Origin: Candidatus Aenigmatarchaeota archaeon
Lineage (GTDB): Archaea > Thermoplasmatota > Thermoplasmata > Halarchaeoplasmatales > Halarchaeoplasmataceae
Length of the DNA: 64,000 nt
Assembly (NCBI GenBank): GCA_046537845.1
Contig: JBKHKA010000002.1
Location: 67,152-131,151, forward strand
Direction of reading: 5' to 3'
Numbering within the stretch: the first letter of the stretch is position 1; every line of letters starts with the position of its first letter. A program made the translations under genes and the position numbers. The notes under the pieces are model-generated. The model searched no databases and was not told the DNA's origin. It worked only from the letters and a program-made list of their open reading frames with translations. Of the stretch, positions 37,260-46,696 are shown one piece after another.

Positions 37260-37860
37260 ACACCTAGAAGGGAACATAAACAAGACGATCCTTGTGTTGT
37301 TCATCGTGGTTCTATTTTACACTATAAGCCTGTTCATAGCCCCTCTAACTCTGGAGCCTGGAACTGTAGAAGGGCTAGACGGAGCCGCTAATCAGGTAGA
37401 CTATGAAGAAAAATGGGAGGAATTACCTCTCTATCACAGGCTGGTTTATCACTTCAGCGATTTCAATTGCCATCAGAGACATTACAGGTCTTATTATCTG
37501 AACGGTAATCAGATGCCGGTCTGCGCAAGAGACGTGGGTATCTTTATCGGTTTCTCCGCCGGCTTTCTGTTGATGACCTTCGTGAGAGGCGGAAAAGAAT
37601 TCAAGGATCAGATCCTCGGATTGATCAATATCGACCCCAAAATTTCTGAAATGAAGAAGAGAGCCATCCTGCTCGCTTTGGGAGCCGTATTCGTTCTGCC
37701 CATCGCATTGGATGGAGGGATCCAATTAGTGACTGATTACGAAAGTTTCAATGAATTGAGAACCGTAACGGGTTTGATCTTCGGATTTGGATTTTCTATC
37801 TTCGTCTCGGCTTTGTTGCTCTCGGTAGCTCCCGTATGGGAGTATGAAAGTTCGAATTAA
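37240..37860 (+). CDS. DUF2085-family membrane protein
   Basis: NCHQRHYRSYYLNGNQMPVCARDVGIFIG motif with flanking TM helices. Overlaps the hisS 3' end by 20 nt. Confidence 0.6.
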   Translation: MMDLKFEHLEGNINKTILVLFIVVLFYTISLFIAPLTLEPGTVEGLDGAANQVDYEEKWEELPLYHRLVYHFSDFNCHQRHYRSYYLNGNQMPVCARDVGIFIGFSAGFLLMTFVRGGKEFKDQILGLINIDPKISEMKKRAILLALGAVFVLPIALDGGIQLVTDYESFNELRTVTGLIFGFGFSIFVSALLLSVAPVWEYESSN

Positions 37861-37922
37861 AAAAGAGATAATAAAAAAGAAGAAATGGTTTTTCACGTGA
37901 CGGACTTATCGAGTTGTTTTAC

Positions 37923-38354
37923 CTACTCTTCACTTCCGCTCCAAGTTCCGGATCCAAGGTCGTCGACTGTTTTCCAAGTCCCTGAGACCTCTGATCCATC
38001 AGAATTGAATTCACCACTCCATTCAACGCTTCCAAAACCTGCATCTCCTGACGCTTCTATTTCACCTTCAGAAACGGATCCAGTGATGTCACCACTACCG
38101 CCGTCATCGACTTCGAACGACCCTGTCACTGTTTCTTCATCGAAATCTACCTCGAATTCCCAAGTGCCGCTATAATCATCACCTGCGTAACTGCCTTCCC
38201 AGGTTCCGGAATATGTAGCGGTTCCTTCAAGGCCATCACCGTTTCCATCGTCTTCTCCATCGTCGCTGCCTATACAACCAGAAAAAGTTGCGACGACTAA
38301 GATCAGTGCGATCACCAACACGCCGAGCATTAATTTAGATCCTTTTTTGTCCAT
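37923..38354 (-). CDS. Small acidic lipoprotein with SGTW repeats
   Basis: MDKKGSKLMLGVLVIALILVVATFSGC lipobox-like signal. Repeated SGTWEGS / SGTWEFE / SGTWKT / SGTWSGS. Start set at ATG 38354 so that the gene does not overlap the eS8 gene. Confidence 0.65.
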   Translation of the reverse strand: MDKKGSKLMLGVLVIALILVVATFSGCIGSDDGEDDGNGDGLEGTATYSGTWEGSYAGDDYSGTWEFEVDFDEETVTGSFEVDDGGSGDITGSVSEGEIEASGDAGFGSVEWSGEFNSDGSEVSGTWKTVDDLGSGTWSGSEE

Positions 38355-38487
38355 GTTTTTTTCCTCTTTTATCATCCCCATATGAATAATCTTAGATTTA
38401 ACACTTTTGCCCATAATAACAAATAGTCTGAGAGGGAAGGCAAAGCTTAAATACGATACCTCCACTGAGTGCTGATGAGGATTTACG

Positions 38488-38868
38488 ATGACTCTCTGGC
38501 AAGGCAAATCAAATAGGAAAATAACAGGCGGCAAGAGGTTCTATCACCGAAAGAAAAGAAAGTTCGAGATCAGTAGAGACTATGAACTGCCAATGGTAGC
38601 TGCTGATAAGAGAAAGATCGTGAACAGCAGAGGAAACAATCGAAAAGTGAGAGTAGTAGGGGCAGAGGAAGTGAATCTGTCGGACAGCGAAGGGAACATT
38701 ACAAGAGTCGAGATGAAGAACGTCGTTGAAAATCCAGCAAATCCCAACTACGTTCAGAGGAATATACTGAACAAGGGAGCCATAATAGAAACGGAAAAAG
38801 GCAGAGCCAAGATCACCTCTAGGCCGGGACAAGATGGTGTCATCAACGCTGTCTTGATCGAGGAATAG
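38488..38868 (+). CDS. rps8e: Ribosomal protein eS8 (S8e)
   Basis: N-terminus WQGKSNRKITGGKRFYHRKKRKFE and size are typical of archaeal S8e. Confidence 0.85.
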   Translation: MTLWQGKSNRKITGGKRFYHRKKRKFEISRDYELPMVAADKRKIVNSRGNNRKVRVVGAEEVNLSDSEGNITRVEMKNVVENPANPNYVQRNILNKGAIIETEKGRAKITSRPGQDGVINAVLIEE

Positions 38869-38869
38869 G

Positions 38870-39169
38870 ATGGTAAGAAAAAAGAGAAAAACCTGGATCA
38901 TCTATCCCGAATATTTTGACAAAAATCTTTCTAGGTCAGAGGGGAGAAGGGTTCCTTCTAAACTGGCCATATCGAAACCAAATATCGAAGAGATAGGAAA
39001 GATACTCGATTCTTGGAACATCCCTAATCGGTTGGAAGAACACGAACATTACCCTGCAACTTGGTACAAAAGGAACGGTAGGATATTCATCCCAAAACAA
39101 AAGGGAAGCAAACAGGAAATCCTTAAAAAGATAGGCAAGAAATTGAAAGAGCGGAGAAAAACCTCTTAA
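38870..39169 (+). CDS. srp19: Signal recognition particle protein SRP19
   Basis: IIYPEYFDKNLSRSEGRRVP motif. 99 aa. Confidence 0.85.
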   Translation: MVRKKRKTWIIYPEYFDKNLSRSEGRRVPSKLAISKPNIEEIGKILDSWNIPNRLEEHEHYPATWYKRNGRIFIPKQKGSKQEILKKIGKKLKERRKTS

Positions 39170-40224
39170 GGCGTCTCACGTTTTATCTTCAGATAAGAGA
39201 CTTTACCATCTTCTGGTATGCCAAAGATGAAATCTTTTCTCACACTGTGAGCTACTCTCACTGCCCTACTCACTTCGTACCATCTACTTTTATGTTCTTT
39301 TTCCACTGGCTGCACTATATATTCAGCATGGATCTCGTCTGGATCTCCAGCATAGGCTCTGAATTCCGTTCCATATTTGAAGCCGGTTTTGGGGATCAAT
39401 CCTCTCTCCCTCAAGTCCTTGTAGACCTTGTTCATCAATTCAAATCCTTCTTTTTTAGTGTGTTCAGATTCTAATTCTTCCCAAGAAAGGGTTGCATCGT
39501 TATCAGTTTTTTCAATCTCTAAAATACCTCTTTCTCTCAGATACAGTATCTCATAAAAAGATAGGTTTAGGTTCCCGTCTTCTCTAGAACCATAAAAATT
39601 GTTTTCGTAGAGGTCTTTGAAACCCTCTTTTATTATACACTTATCCCCATATATAATCCCCTTTACGCTCTCGCCGTCGTACTTTTCGACCCTTCCTTTT
39701 AAGTCAATCGTCGAAAATATGTAGTATGTCACGTCACCTTCTTCATCTACTAAAGCTGTGAGCATCGCCTTGCCGAGATTGGATATCTTCCTATTCGCTT
39801 CTAAAATCTCCTTCAGATAGAAGTTCTCTTTCTCTCTAGCCGTGCAGATCCAATATTTGGTGGGTGTCTGTCCCGGTCCACCTCCTCTTGGAAATACCCG
39901 GAAAGAAGCGGGGTCTGAAGCTTCCTTAAGCACGTACCCTCTCGATCTCATATCCTTATATACTGGGTATTCTCTCATAAATTTCCTTCTAGGTACTCTT
40001 TCCAGTACGTCTTCTTTTTTGATTGATTTGCCATTTTCACCTACTATCTCGAGCCTATCAGCTTCTAGGAGATAGATCCCTTCGTAAAAAGAGAGTTCCA
40101 GATAGTTACCCGACTGCGGCTGGCCAAAGTAACCTTTATTGTAGAGCCTGTTAGCTTCCTTTTCATCCTCGACAACGATCCTATCTTCTTTGAGTATACC
40201 AGCCATTTGGATCGATGGACTCAA
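39166..40224 (-). CDS. endA: tRNA-splicing endonuclease, two-unit (tandem-repeat) form
   Basis: Two EndA-like halves. The C-terminal half keeps catalytic-type residues (FRAYAGDPDEIHAEYIV, VAHSVRKDFIFG). The N-terminal half (FRVFPRGGGPG) is degenerate, as in homodimeric alpha-prime-type enzymes. Confidence 0.85.
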   Translation of the reverse strand: MSPSIQMAGILKEDRIVVEDEKEANRLYNKGYFGQPQSGNYLELSFYEGIYLLEADRLEIVGENGKSIKKEDVLERVPRRKFMREYPVYKDMRSRGYVLKEASDPASFRVFPRGGGPGQTPTKYWICTAREKENFYLKEILEANRKISNLGKAMLTALVDEEGDVTYYIFSTIDLKGRVEKYDGESVKGIIYGDKCIIKEGFKDLYENNFYGSREDGNLNLSFYEILYLRERGILEIEKTDNDATLSWEELESEHTKKEGFELMNKVYKDLRERGLIPKTGFKYGTEFRAYAGDPDEIHAEYIVQPVEKEHKSRWYEVSRAVRVAHSVRKDFIFGIPEDGKVSYLKIKRETP

Positions 40225-40279
40225 GGGAAAGGAATTATAAAAGTGTGTTCTTTTGACTCAAAAAGTGTGTGAAAAGCAT

Positions 40280-40888
40280 ATGGCCTGCAAAATCCTGGTG
40301 ATATCGGATATCCACGGGTCAATGAGATGTTTGAATAGAATAAAAGCGGCCTACCATAAATATGGTTTTAATTTTGGTGTGGTATGCGGCGACATAACTC
40401 ATTTTGGAAGAAAAGAAGATGCGGTGGAGATACTAGAAAAGATGCCTACGGAAGTCATAGGTGTCCTTGGAAATTGTGACCCTCCAATTGTGGAAGAAGC
40501 TTATGAAGAAACCGGGAACGAGTATATCGAATTAAAGATGACGGAAAGAAAGGGTATAGACTTTATCGGTCTGTCTGGATCAAAATACTCTGGTGAGAAA
40601 GTAGAAGCTTTTAAGGAGAGAGCTGATGGTGCTGACGTCTATGTATTCCATCAACCGCCTTACGGATACCTTGATGAAGCTTCAAGGGGTAAACATATCG
40701 GGAGTAAAAGGTTGGTGCCAGTGGTGACTGAGAATTCACCTCGGTTAGTCCTGAGTGGACACGTTCATGAGGACAGAGGCGTGTTGGAACAGGATGGTAC
40801 CGTTTTCATGAACCCCGGCCCTGCAGGGTCTGACAATTTAGGTCTAGTTGAGATCGACGAGGAAAATATAGAAACATGGTTGATCTAA
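40280..40888 (+). CDS. Calcineurin-like metallophosphoesterase (YfcE/MJ0936-type)
   Basis: ILVISDIHGS, CGDITHFG, GNCD and SGHVHE motifs. Start at ATG 40280. Confidence 0.8.
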   Translation: MACKILVISDIHGSMRCLNRIKAAYHKYGFNFGVVCGDITHFGRKEDAVEILEKMPTEVIGVLGNCDPPIVEEAYEETGNEYIELKMTERKGIDFIGLSGSKYSGEKVEAFKERADGADVYVFHQPPYGYLDEASRGKHIGSKRLVPVVTENSPRLVLSGHVHEDRGVLEQDGTVFMNPGPAGSDNLGLVEIDEENIETWLI

Positions 40889-41663
40889 ATTATTTAATGT
40901 GTTTACGTTGTATGATTACTTTTATTGAATTATAGCATATCTGCTTATTATTAGATGTATTTAAAAATGACTAAATTTTTTAAGGTATTAAATTATTCTT
41001 ACTTATTCAAATTAGCTGCAAAACCATGATAAGCGAGGTTAATTTATTGATAAACAAATAACCAAATTAGCGTTATTAATTTAGCTTAAACAAAAATCAT
41101 TGTTTTGCAAAGATTTGAAAAACCGAGGGACCGTTAGGAAAGAGGAATATTTCTCGGTCGATATAGATATTATAAATTCCGACGTCTTTTCTTTTCATAT
41201 TTAAAATTAACGTCGTATTAGTTATGTTTTCCGACATCCTCGGTTTTGCATATTTAAAGGTAACGTTTTTTCCCCTTGCTCTTTTGAAAGAGGTCGATCT
41301 TTTACTATTTTTCTTCTAAAGAGGGTATCCCCCGCGTCCTAAAATAGGTATTTTATCGAGTCTTCCGTTTTTTCGGTGGTTTTGTAGATAATATGAAAAA
41401 TAATTGGTTAATTAAGTTCTATAATTAGTAAAACATTAACGACCTTTTCAAAATTTATTAATGAAATACCGAAAATATGTTTTTTCAATAAATAAGAAAA
41501 ACCGTGTATTTAGTATATTTGTTAATGATAAAGAATTTACGGATTATGCTAAATTAATAAATAAAAATCGATAAGCCGCTCATTTTTCTGCTACAATGAC
41601 TAACCTATCCGCTTTTTCGTCATAGGGTTCTCCGCTGTAATTACCATTGAAGAAATCGATGGA
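40889..41663. other. 775-bp very AT-rich non-coding block with internal direct and inverted repeats
   Basis: No ORF of 60 aa or more in any frame. Some 60-nt lines hold only ~10 G+C (e.g. 40921-40980). A ~38-nt direct repeat occurs at 41177-41215 and 41229-41266 (ttccgacNtc...catatttaaaNNtaacgt). Inverted pair aaaaaccgagg (41118-28) / cctcggtttt (41238-47). Confidence 0.7.
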
Positions 41664-41736
41664 TAGCCCGGGGCGGATTCGAACCGCCGTAACAGGCTCC
41701 AAAGGCCTGTATGATTGACCACTACACCACCGGGCT
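41664..41736 (-). tRNA. tRNA-Gln (anticodon UUG)
   Basis: Minus strand: AGCCCGG TG GTGT AGTGGTCAA TCAT A CAGGC CTTTGGA GCCTG TTAC GGCGG TTCGAAT CCGCC CCGGGCT A. Hand-folded cloverleaf. No intron. Confidence 0.9.
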
Positions 41737-41757
41737 TCTACGAAGTGCGGTGGAGGA

Positions 41758-41843
41758 AGGAATCTCCGATTCCTACGCACCACCGGGCTAGCTTGCTAGG
41801 CCGAGGAAAGTAGGAATTTCTAATTCCTACGCACCACCGGGCT
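41758..41843 (-). repeat. Two tandem units, each a GGAAT...ATTCC hairpin plus a copy of the first 12 nt of tRNA-Gln
   Basis: caccaccgggct occurs at 41725-36 (true tRNA 5' end), 41778-89 and 41832-43. The two upstream units share attcctacgcaccaccgggct (21 nt) and carry hairpins aggaatc-tcc-gattcct and gtaggaatt-tct-aattcctac. Confidence 0.9.
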
Positions 41844-41954
41844 GTTATGAAGCAAGAGTGTGCAGAGATAGTTGGAATCTCTGACAGTAAGTATTTTACC
41901 TATAATCACAGCTCACCAAAATATATAACTGTTTTCACAGAACAAGGCCCTATT

Positions 41955-42695
41955 TTACACTTGCTTTATGGCACTTATCATCTTTTCCAACTTATTCTTC
42001 ACATCTGTAGACTCTTCTAGCACCGTGCCGGTAACGATCACGTCAGCTCCAGCCTTAGTTAGCTCTCTTGCCTGCTCAGGCTCTCTTATCCCACCTCCCA
42101 CGATCAACGGGATGTCTATATTCTCCTTACACAACTCGATCATCTCTGTAGGAACGGGCTCAGGAGCACCAGAACCAGCTTCTAGGTAAAATAGTTCCAT
42201 CCCTAGATATTGTGCAGCTAGGCCAAAATTAACTGCCTTTCGGGGTTCACCTCGGGGGATCGGATCCGCGTCACCAACTTCCCCTACGGTCATGCCGGGT
42301 TCCACAACCACGTAACCCATGGGCAGAGGTTGTATGCCAGTTTTCTTTATATATGGAGCACCTAGGACCTGCTCTCCTATCACCTTATTGAGATCTTTGG
42401 AATTCAGCATGCTCATGAAATATATCGCATCAACGTGTGGTGAGATCGCACCGGCCTCTGTGGGAAAATGGATAACAGGGGATTCTATCTTGTTCTTCAT
42501 AGCTTTGACGGTTTTATCGAGTTTTTCTTGAGTTATCCCAGTTGAACCTCCCACCATGACAGCATCACTTCCCATCTCTTCTAAAGCCAGTGCTAATCTT
42601 CCAGCTTCCTCAGCACTCTGCTCATCCGGATCTATTAGCCCCATGTGAAGCGTTTCTTTGTCTATCTTCCTCAGCAAGTAATCCATGACTTTCAT
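41955..42695 (-). CDS. pcrB: Geranylgeranylglyceryl phosphate (GGGP) synthase
   Basis: GLIDPD, MVGGSTG, YLEAGSGA and IVGGGIR motifs of the PcrB/GGGPS TIM-barrel family. Confidence 0.9.
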   Translation of the reverse strand: MKVMDYLLRKIDKETLHMGLIDPDEQSAEEAGRLALALEEMGSDAVMVGGSTGITQEKLDKTVKAMKNKIESPVIHFPTEAGAISPHVDAIYFMSMLNSKDLNKVIGEQVLGAPYIKKTGIQPLPMGYVVVEPGMTVGEVGDADPIPRGEPRKAVNFGLAAQYLGMELFYLEAGSGAPEPVPTEMIELCKENIDIPLIVGGGIREPEQARELTKAGADVIVTGTVLEESTDVKNKLEKMISAIKQV

Positions 42696-43522
42696 GTTAA
42701 GCCTCCGACTAGGAAAGCTACGAGAGCGACCACCATCGCCAATTTTATGTATTTTTGAGTCCTCTCGGCTGATTTTAGTAATAGGAGGGAATATATAAAG
42801 ATTATATCTGCGACGATAACCATCAAGATATACGAAACCGGTAAAAGCCCCAGGATGTACGGAAAAGGTGATAGACAGACTGCGAAGACAACGAACAATA
42901 GAGCTGTTCTCTTGGCAGTTTCTGGCCCCACTTTCATCGGGAAAGTCTTTCTGTCCAAGTCACCTTTAAGGTCCTGTATATCTTTCATTATCTCCCTTCC
43001 AACGGTGGATAAGAACGCCAATACTCCCAGGATCGTGGGAAGAAAAAGCTTTCCATAGATGGCCCCTCCAAATATGAAGAGCAACCCGGTCAAGCCTGAG
43101 ATCACTAAATTACCCGTGAATCCCTTTTTTTTGAAGCGAAGCTCATATCCTACCAACAAAGCCACCGCTGAGATGACGATTATCTGCGGTAAATAAAGAG
43201 GGAGCAAAAATGACAATACGATACCGACACCGAACATGACTTCAGAAAATATCAAAGCTGTTTTAGGGCTAAGCTCCCCTGAAGGTATGGGCCTTTCGGG
43301 ATGGTTGATCTCATCCACATCTCTATCCATGTAATCATTGAGCACGTTACCTCCAGCGGTGAAAAAGAAGACTATGAGCATACCGATGACGGTGACCAAC
43401 AACCTGTCTAAAGATGCTATATCCGTTCCGAAAAGGGTTATCATCACTATCGGTATGCTCAATGTGGAGATCGAGCAGTTTACCGGTCTCATCAATTTTA
43501 TCATGGAGTGCATGTTTGGCAC
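42692..43522 (-). CDS. Digeranylgeranylglyceryl phosphate (DGGGP) synthase, UbiA family
   Basis: NDYMDRDVDEINHPERPIPSG and DIQDLKGD motifs. Polytopic membrane protein. ATGA-type overlap with the GGGPS gene. Confidence 0.85.
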   Translation of the reverse strand: MPNMHSMIKLMRPVNCSISTLSIPIVMITLFGTDIASLDRLLVTVIGMLIVFFFTAGGNVLNDYMDRDVDEINHPERPIPSGELSPKTALIFSEVMFGVGIVLSFLLPLYLPQIIVISAVALLVGYELRFKKKGFTGNLVISGLTGLLFIFGGAIYGKLFLPTILGVLAFLSTVGREIMKDIQDLKGDLDRKTFPMKVGPETAKRTALLFVVFAVCLSPFPYILGLLPVSYILMVIVADIIFIYSLLLLKSAERTQKYIKLAMVVALVAFLVGGLT

Positions 43523-43616
43523 GATAGGTAAAGAGATAGTTTTATATTTTTGGAGGGTTTTATGGGAGATGAACAGTAAGACTTTAATACAAAATCCTGT
43601 TTAGTAGGCCCGAATT

Positions 43617-43689
<73 letters not shown>

Positions 43690-43926
43690 TTTTTTCTTTC
43701 TAATTTTATATATTATCTTATTATTGATTTCCTGATGATTATTAATATTTTAAAATTTTAGTATTTATTGTATGTATCTTATATAGATTATATAGCGATC
43801 CGGCATGATCTTTACCGGATCCTTCGAAAAAACTATCCCGAAAGAAAAGATAGGTACGAATATAAAATCATATAACTAAGATGTATTATCATCTCTTAAG
43901 AGTAAGCGTCGGAGATATGGTGAAAT

Positions 43927-44676
43927 ATGAGAATCAAAGAGTGGATAACGGCTTCAAAAAAGCGTACAGTGATCGTTGTGGTTTTAGTGGTCATATCGCT
44001 GATCGTAGGTGGATTTCTTGGTTGGGCTTTAACACCTTTAGGGCCCATGGATGAAGCACTCGATGCATTGGAATCGGACGATGAGGTGGAAGTAAAGGTT
44101 TCATCAGATAGGGTAACTTTCACGCCCGCAGATAGGGAGGTAAAGACTGGCTTAGTTATATACCCCGGCGGACGGGTAGATCACCGATCATATGCACCAG
44201 TAGCAAGACAGATATCTGAAGAGGGATTCCTGGTGGTCATAACAAAGATGCCCCTGAATTTGGCTTTCTTCGATCAAGATGAGGCTGAAGAAGTGATCAA
44301 CGATCATCCTGAAGTGGAAAGTTGGGCGGTGGGAGGCCATTCTTTGGGTGGTGTGATGGCTGCAAGGTTTGCCGACGAAGAAAAAGTTATCGGTCTCGTC
44401 CTTTGGGCGTCTTATCCTGATGAAGACCTCTCAGACAAAGATATCTCTGTACTATCCCTGTACGGCACTCGGGACGGTGTTACGACCGTTGAGGACGTGA
44501 AGAGCAGAGAGGACAAATTACCGCCAGATGCTGAACTAGTAGCGATCGAAGGTGGTAATCACGCTCAATTCGGCTGGTATGGGGATCAAAGAGGAGACAA
44601 TGAAGCAACCATAACCAGAGTAAAACAGCAGCGCATCATCGTGGATAAGACAGCTGGGTTCTTGGTCGGTTTATAA
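43927..44676 (+). CDS. Membrane-anchored alpha/beta hydrolase
   Basis: N-terminal TM segment VIVVVLVVISLIVGGFLGWAL. Nucleophile elbow GGHSLGG. GGNHAQF near the C-terminus. Confidence 0.7.
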   Translation: MRIKEWITASKKRTVIVVVLVVISLIVGGFLGWALTPLGPMDEALDALESDDEVEVKVSSDRVTFTPADREVKTGLVIYPGGRVDHRSYAPVARQISEEGFLVVITKMPLNLAFFDQDEAEEVINDHPEVESWAVGGHSLGGVMAARFADEEKVIGLVLWASYPDEDLSDKDISVLSLYGTRDGVTTVEDVKSREDKLPPDAELVAIEGGNHAQFGWYGDQRGDNEATITRVKQQRIIVDKTAGFLVGL

Positions 44677-44685
44677 AAAGGCGGA

Positions 44686-45441
44686 TCAAGGAGTTTTCCT
44701 TCCCACAGCCACGTAACCAGTGTGACCCAACATGTCGAAGGAAGGCCTCACACCTTTCTCTCCTACCACCATGTCCCGTTCTAAACTTTCAAAGGATTTT
44801 ATATCTATATAGCCGTTCTGACGCATACCTTTCACGGTCTTCTCCAATTGGTTGGTTGAAGGGATGTAGCCTGCAAAGAACCCCCCGTTTTTTAGCACTT
44901 TATCAGCCATATCCAATGCTTCCCATGGTTCGGGGATATCTACTACGAACGCATCGACGCCTTTTTCCTCCACATCCTCGGTGACGTCGCCCTTCACGAT
45001 CCTCCAGTTCGTGTCCACTCCCAATCTTTCCAGATTGGACCGAGCGGTTTTGACGGAGTCCTCCCGCAGTTCATACGTGACCAGTTCTCCCTCAGAACCC
45101 ACCATCTCGGCAAGAACAGCGCTGAGCATGCCAGAGCCGGCACCACCTTCCACGACTCTCTTGCCGCTGGTGATATCGCAGTAGAGGACTATCTGGGCGG
45201 CCATACGTGGTAACACGATCTGGGCCTTTCGATCGATGAGTCTGGGTCCGTCTTTCAGAGCGGGCTGCAGCAGTCGGTATCTTTTCCTTCCTAGGTCTAT
45301 CTCTGCACCCCATTCTTTTCCCACAAACCTTTCAGTATCTATAACTCCCAAGCTGGAGATCTTCTTCGTCTCTCCGTCGACCTCTATCACTCTTGCCCAG
45401 TCTGGTGACCACAGAACAATTTTTTCTCCCTTCTCTATCAT
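44686..45441 (-). CDS. trmI: tRNA (adenine-57/58-N1)-methyltransferase TrmI
   Basis: RKAQIVLPRMAAQIVLYCDITSGKRVVEGGAGSGMLSAVLAEMVGSEGELVTYELRED matches the TrmI/Gcd14 pattern. Confidence 0.8.
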   Translation of the reverse strand: MIEKGEKIVLWSPDWARVIEVDGETKKISSLGVIDTERFVGKEWGAEIDLGRKRYRLLQPALKDGPRLIDRKAQIVLPRMAAQIVLYCDITSGKRVVEGGAGSGMLSAVLAEMVGSEGELVTYELREDSVKTARSNLERLGVDTNWRIVKGDVTEDVEEKGVDAFVVDIPEPWEALDMADKVLKNGGFFAGYIPSTNQLEKTVKGMRQNGYIDIKSFESLERDMVVGEKGVRPSFDMLGHTGYVAVGRKTP

Positions 45442-45479
45442 GTTTAGAACTCAAAAGTAGCGCAGGTTATATAAGTTTA

Positions 45480-46604
45480 TTACACTTCTTGACCGTTTAT
45501 GAACACTTTCTCTATCCTCGATTTCAATTCAAGAGGGTCCCCTTCCACTACTACAAGGTCGGCGTCTTTTCCCTTCTCTATCGATCCGACCCTGTCATCG
45601 ATACCACAGATCTCCGCAGCGTTGATGGTTATCGCTTTCAAAGCTTCTTTTCGATCCATACCTTCTCTTACGGAATAAGCCGCCATCAGAGGGAGGTATT
45701 TTATGGGTATGACTGGTGAATCAGTCATTATCGCGACTTTCACCCCTTTCTCGGCAAGTATGCCTGGAGTTTTGAAGTTTCTTTCCCTGTTCTCTCTCTT
45801 CGTTTTGGCGGCGAGTCCCGGACCGAAAACCACGGGTACATCTTTTTCTGCCAGATAATCCGCTATCTTGTGTCCCTCTGTGCAGTGTTCCAAGACCAAA
45901 TCCAAGTCGAACTCTTCAGCGATCCTTATAGCAGAGGCCATGTCGTCCGCTCTATGGGCATGTATCCTGGCGGGCAGTTCTTTTTTCAGGAGAGGGACCA
46001 GTGCCTCCAGTTTGAAATCTTTCTCATTTTCTTCCTCCTTATTCATGTATTCCTTAGCTTCGAAAAGTTTTTCTCTTATAAGGCCCGCGGTGCTCATCCT
46101 CGTTGAAGGGACCTTGTTTTGCTCTTTGTACACCCGCTTTGGATTTTCTCCAGTTGCCATCTTCAGACCGATCGGTTCCCGGATCAGAAGGGCGTCTATG
46201 ACGTTAGCTCCCGCGGTTTTCACCGCCGCAAATTTTCCCCCGATGGGATTGGCTGATCCAGGTCCCACTCCGACGGTCGTAACACCGGCCATCGCAGCTT
46301 CTTTTAGAGCGATCCCCTCTGGATTTATCCCGTCTAATGCTCTAAGATGAGGTGTAACCGGATCATAGGTTTCATTCACATCATCTCCTTCCCAGCCTTC
46401 GCCTTCTTCTACGATGCCGACATGGCAGTGGGCGTCGATAAAACCTGGCACGACTGTTTTACCCCCCACATCGATGATATCCGCTTCTTCCGGTATGTCT
46501 ATGTCGGGACCCATCTCAGCTATCTTTCCGTCTTCTATCAAAATTGAGCCTCTGAATTTAGAGGATGTGATCGGGTCTACTTCTCCATTGATAAGAGCTT
46601 TCAT
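45480..46604 (-). CDS. Metal-dependent amidohydrolase
   Basis: PGFIDAHCHVG metal-binding motif. The C-terminal GSIEKGKDADLVV is typical of the superfamily. Start at ATG 46604. Confidence 0.75.
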   Translation of the reverse strand: MKALINGEVDPITSSKFRGSILIEDGKIAEMGPDIDIPEEADIIDVGGKTVVPGFIDAHCHVGIVEEGEGWEGDDVNETYDPVTPHLRALDGINPEGIALKEAAMAGVTTVGVGPGSANPIGGKFAAVKTAGANVIDALLIREPIGLKMATGENPKRVYKEQNKVPSTRMSTAGLIREKLFEAKEYMNKEEENEKDFKLEALVPLLKKELPARIHAHRADDMASAIRIAEEFDLDLVLEHCTEGHKIADYLAEKDVPVVFGPGLAAKTKRENRERNFKTPGILAEKGVKVAIMTDSPVIPIKYLPLMAAYSVREGMDRKEALKAITINAAEICGIDDRVGSIEKGKDADLVVVEGDPLELKSRIEKVFINGQEV

Positions 46605-46696
46605 GTTATCAACACCTGAAATGAGATATCGCATAAAAATATTCGCTCGAGGTATCGAAGGGAAAAACTTTAGTCGATATAACCTTATTATATAAC

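Noticed and set aside
37885-38175. 96-aa plus-strand ORF rich in S/P/T
   Set aside because: It is antisense to the lipoprotein gene (37923-38354), which has a convincing signal peptide/lipobox and repeated SGTW motif.
41580-41783. 67-aa minus-strand ORF
   Set aside because: It completely overlaps tRNA-Gln and its leader repeats on the same strand, so the tRNA explains the sequence.
30835-41843. Integrated mobile element bounded by tRNA att sites
   Set aside because: The duplicated pieces are tRNA 5' ends lying only 46-54 bp from the genes, not 3'-end copies at a distance. No integrase, transposase or viral/plasmid genes are visible between or around the tRNAs. Genes between them are housekeeping (hisS, rps8e, srp19, endA).
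43690-43926. AT-rich 240-bp spacer after tRNA-Asp with a 7-bp inverted repeat (gatccgg/ccggatc)
   Set aside because: It is short and is plausibly just the terminator T-run plus the promoter of the downstream hydrolase gene. There is no repeat structure beyond one weak hairpin.
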